64,000 bases of DNA from Okamejei kenojei (taxonomy: Eukaryota), in the NCBI GenBank assembly GCA_035221665.1, contig CM069154.1, positions 5,642,001 through 5,706,000 of the forward strand, given 5' to 3'. The position numbers and the translations under genes were made by a program. This document shows, piece after piece, positions 61,385 through 64,000 of this stretch. The notes under the pieces were generated by a model. It was not told the DNA's origin. It worked only from the letters and a program-made list of their open reading frames with translations, and did no database searches. The stretch's first letter is position 1, and each line of letters starts with the position of its first letter.

Positions 61385-62916
61385 TAGGCCCGACAGCCAA
61401 CCAAGTCCGCGCCGACCAATGATCACCTCGTACACTCGCACTATCATACACACAAGGGACAATTTACGATTATACAGAGGCCAATTAACCTACAAAATTA
61501 CACGTCTTTGGATTGTGGTAAGAAACCGGAGCACGCGGAGAAAATCCACGCTGTCTCAGTCAGAACATGCAAACTCCGTACAGACAGCACCCGTAGTCAT
61601 GATCAAACCCGGGTCTCTGGCGCTGTAAGGCAGCAACTCTACCGCTGCGCCACTGTGCCGCCCTGGGTCATTTCCTCGGGTAAAATTTGATGGGAGAGAT
61701 TATAAACTGCGTTTTAATTGTTATTCAAGGAAAAAAACAGCCGAGATCTTGGAGATGGGATCGGCAGTGGTGGAGGGAGGAGAGGAACAGCGTCGGTGAG
61801 CTGGCTGGGTGGGGCCTCACCTCGCATGGAGACAGCCGTGGGAGGCGAGGGGAAAAGGGTGCGTTGGTGGGTCGAGGTGTGGGCGGAGTGTGAGTGGGCT
61901 GCTGGAGGCCCTGCAGCAGCCGGTGGATCGGGTGCCGCTGGAGGTCCCACAGTGATCGGGGACGAGCGAGCGGATTGGACACGGCCTGCAGCAGCACGGA
62001 GCGGTGGTGGAGGCACCGACAACATCGCCAGGCCAGGCCGACGCCTGCAACTCCCACCCAGTGCCGTCTCCATGACAACGGGCCTTTAAGCCCAAAATAA
62101 GACTCTACTTTTTTACCAATTTGAAGTTTGAAAGAATATAAGATACCACCAGAAATGTGGAAACTCTTGTGTACTATATCATATAATCTGCTATTAATAC
62201 ACTCTTGTCCTTAGCTTCAGCTGTGCTTATATAAAGTAAGATTTTTACTGAATTCTATGCAAGTGCATGAGACAATAAAGTATCATTGAACCATTGAGCA
62301 ATGGGGATATAAAAACGGTTAAATGATTACAAATATTGAACTGTGGACACACGTTAGAAGAATAAGATAAAAATTGAGGGTAAACGTTATATTAATATTG
62401 TTATTCTGATGGAATGATGCCCAATAATCACCGTTTAGCTTTTCAGGGCCAGAGAGGGTGTTCACCAGTTAGAGATGTACAAATCTCATCACCTTGACCC
62501 TACAGCATCACCACACCCCATCTATGTCCAATCTTGAGGAGGAATTTCTTTAGCCAGAAGGTGATGAATCTGTGGAATTCATTGCCACAGACAGTTGTGG
62601 AGGCCATGTCAATGGATATTTTTAAAGTGGAGATTGACAGGTTTTCTCATGGAGTCTAAGGTTGTGGTGAGAAGGCAGGAGAATGGGATGGAGTGGGAAA
62701 GATAGATCATCCATGATTGAATGGCAGAGTAGACTCGATGGAGCAAATGGCCAAATTCTGCACCTATGTTTGCAGACACGTCTGCACATCCTGACATTCA
62801 CCCAATAGACAGCAGTACATAGACCAGAACTCAAAGCTGGCTCTCCAGAATGTGAACTTTTAACTTTACTATCAATTGAATTGCTGTGTAAAACCCTGCA
62901 CATTGAATAATGATTA

Positions 62917-63136
62917 CAGAATAATGCCACAGAGGGTAGTTGAGGCCAGTTCATTGGCTATATTTAAGAGTGAGTTGGATGTGGCCCTTGTGGCTAAGGG
63001 GATCAGAGGGTATGGAGAGAAGGCAGGTACGGGATACTGAGTTGGATGATCAGCCATGATCATATTGAATGGCGGTGCAGGCTCGAAGGGCTGAATGGCC
63101 TACTCCTGCACCTAATTTCTATGTTTCTATGTTTCT
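62917..63136 (+). mobile_element. Short young CR1/HER1 3' end, unique to unit 5
   Basis: (tttctatg)n tail. Direct repeat atgatta at 62910-62916 and 63137-63143. Absent in the paralog at ~33785. Confidence 0.85.
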
Positions 63137-64000
63137 ATGATTAATATAATCGAACGTAAATAAAGATGGCTGCATTTTTGTCATAAGGCCATAAGTGATG
63201 AGAGTAGAATTAGGCTATTTGGCCCATCAAGTCTACTCCCCCATTCATTCATAGCTGACCTATCTCTTCCTCGCAACCCCATTCTCCTGCATTCTCCCCA
63301 TAACCTCTGACACATATACTAATTAAGAATTTATCTGGTGATGTGAGTGGACGTACCTGATCACGTTTGGTGTTGTCTTATCTCTCCTGGGTAATGTTTC
63401 AACACATGAGATGCTGAGGAAGGCTGGACAAATTAGCGACGCACATTTTGAGGTGGGTAAACTGATCACGTTTACACGTTCCATGAGTAGAATATGGTCA
63501 TTCTGCCCAACAAGTTTATTCCGCCATTCATACATGGCTGATCTCTGCTTCCTAATCCCATACTATTTCAGACACAGTGTGCCCGCATTTGGGGGAGGGG
63601 GTTGAGGGAGTGGGGAAGGGAATGTTTGCAGTGGTGGACTGTGCGCTAGTCAAGCGGGCAAATGTCACCAAGATGAAGCAGCGCTTCGAGGAGATGCTCC
63701 AATCCAGGCAACAGGAAAGCGTTGGAGCGCACTCCTGATAGGTGCATTGTCCGTGGTGAGGAGGCTGGGGGAGTTGGCAAGTGAGTCACCAAGTTAGTCT
63801 CGAACCACTGCAAAGTCGTTTCCTGAGCAAACGGAAATTGACTATTTGACTTAGGTTGTGAATGAGGAAGAGGATAACTCAAACGCAGTGCAGGAACCAA
63901 ACCGATCCAACGCAGCCAAGACATGGCGGTGGGACAGGGAGAATTCACCCACCAGAAACAGCCCAGATCCAGGCGAACGGTCACTCTGCTGGTTCTTGTC

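Larger units (their letters stand above)
60652..64000 (+). repeat. Segmental duplicate of ~31545-34590 (start of unit 5)
   Basis: Colinear and highly similar. Shares deletions with the 33-34 kb copy, for example gtccaatcttgagg. Confidence 0.9.

Overview
Eukaryotic genomic DNA, most likely from a cartilaginous fish (skate/ray). This is inferred from the CR1/HER1-type LINE tails, HE1-type tRNA-derived SINEs and Penelope-type terminal repeats. The backbone is a roughly 10.5 kb unit, duplicated about five times, carrying a CD300/pIgR-like (skate MDIR-like) immune receptor gene: a 321-nt IgV exon, a 142-nt Ser/Thr-rich stalk exon and a 108-nt transmembrane exon with an Arg in the membrane segment. 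Copy 1 (minus strand, head-to-head with the rest) and copy 2 are pseudogenes. Copy 3 has open V, stalk and TM exons; its leader exon was not found. Copy 4 keeps only an intact V exon, and copy 5 runs off the right end. The array is heavily invaded by nested transposons: IR/DR Tc1 elements, three L1s with TSDs, three DIRS1-type tyrosine-recombinase retroelements, a Gmr1-like Gypsy, and CR1, Rex-Babar, SINE and PLE fragments, some with hammerhead cores. The most unusual signals are: (i) a ~75-bp tandem array inside a decayed DIRS element whose hairpins show compensatory base changes; (ii) a 489-bp non-coding fold-back element with a DIRS-like internal complementary region; (iii) DIRS target sites resembling the element's circle junction; (iv) V domains with Ser at both positions of the CD300 signature disulfide and a TIM-like FG loop. 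All coordinates were read by eye and no database searches were run.
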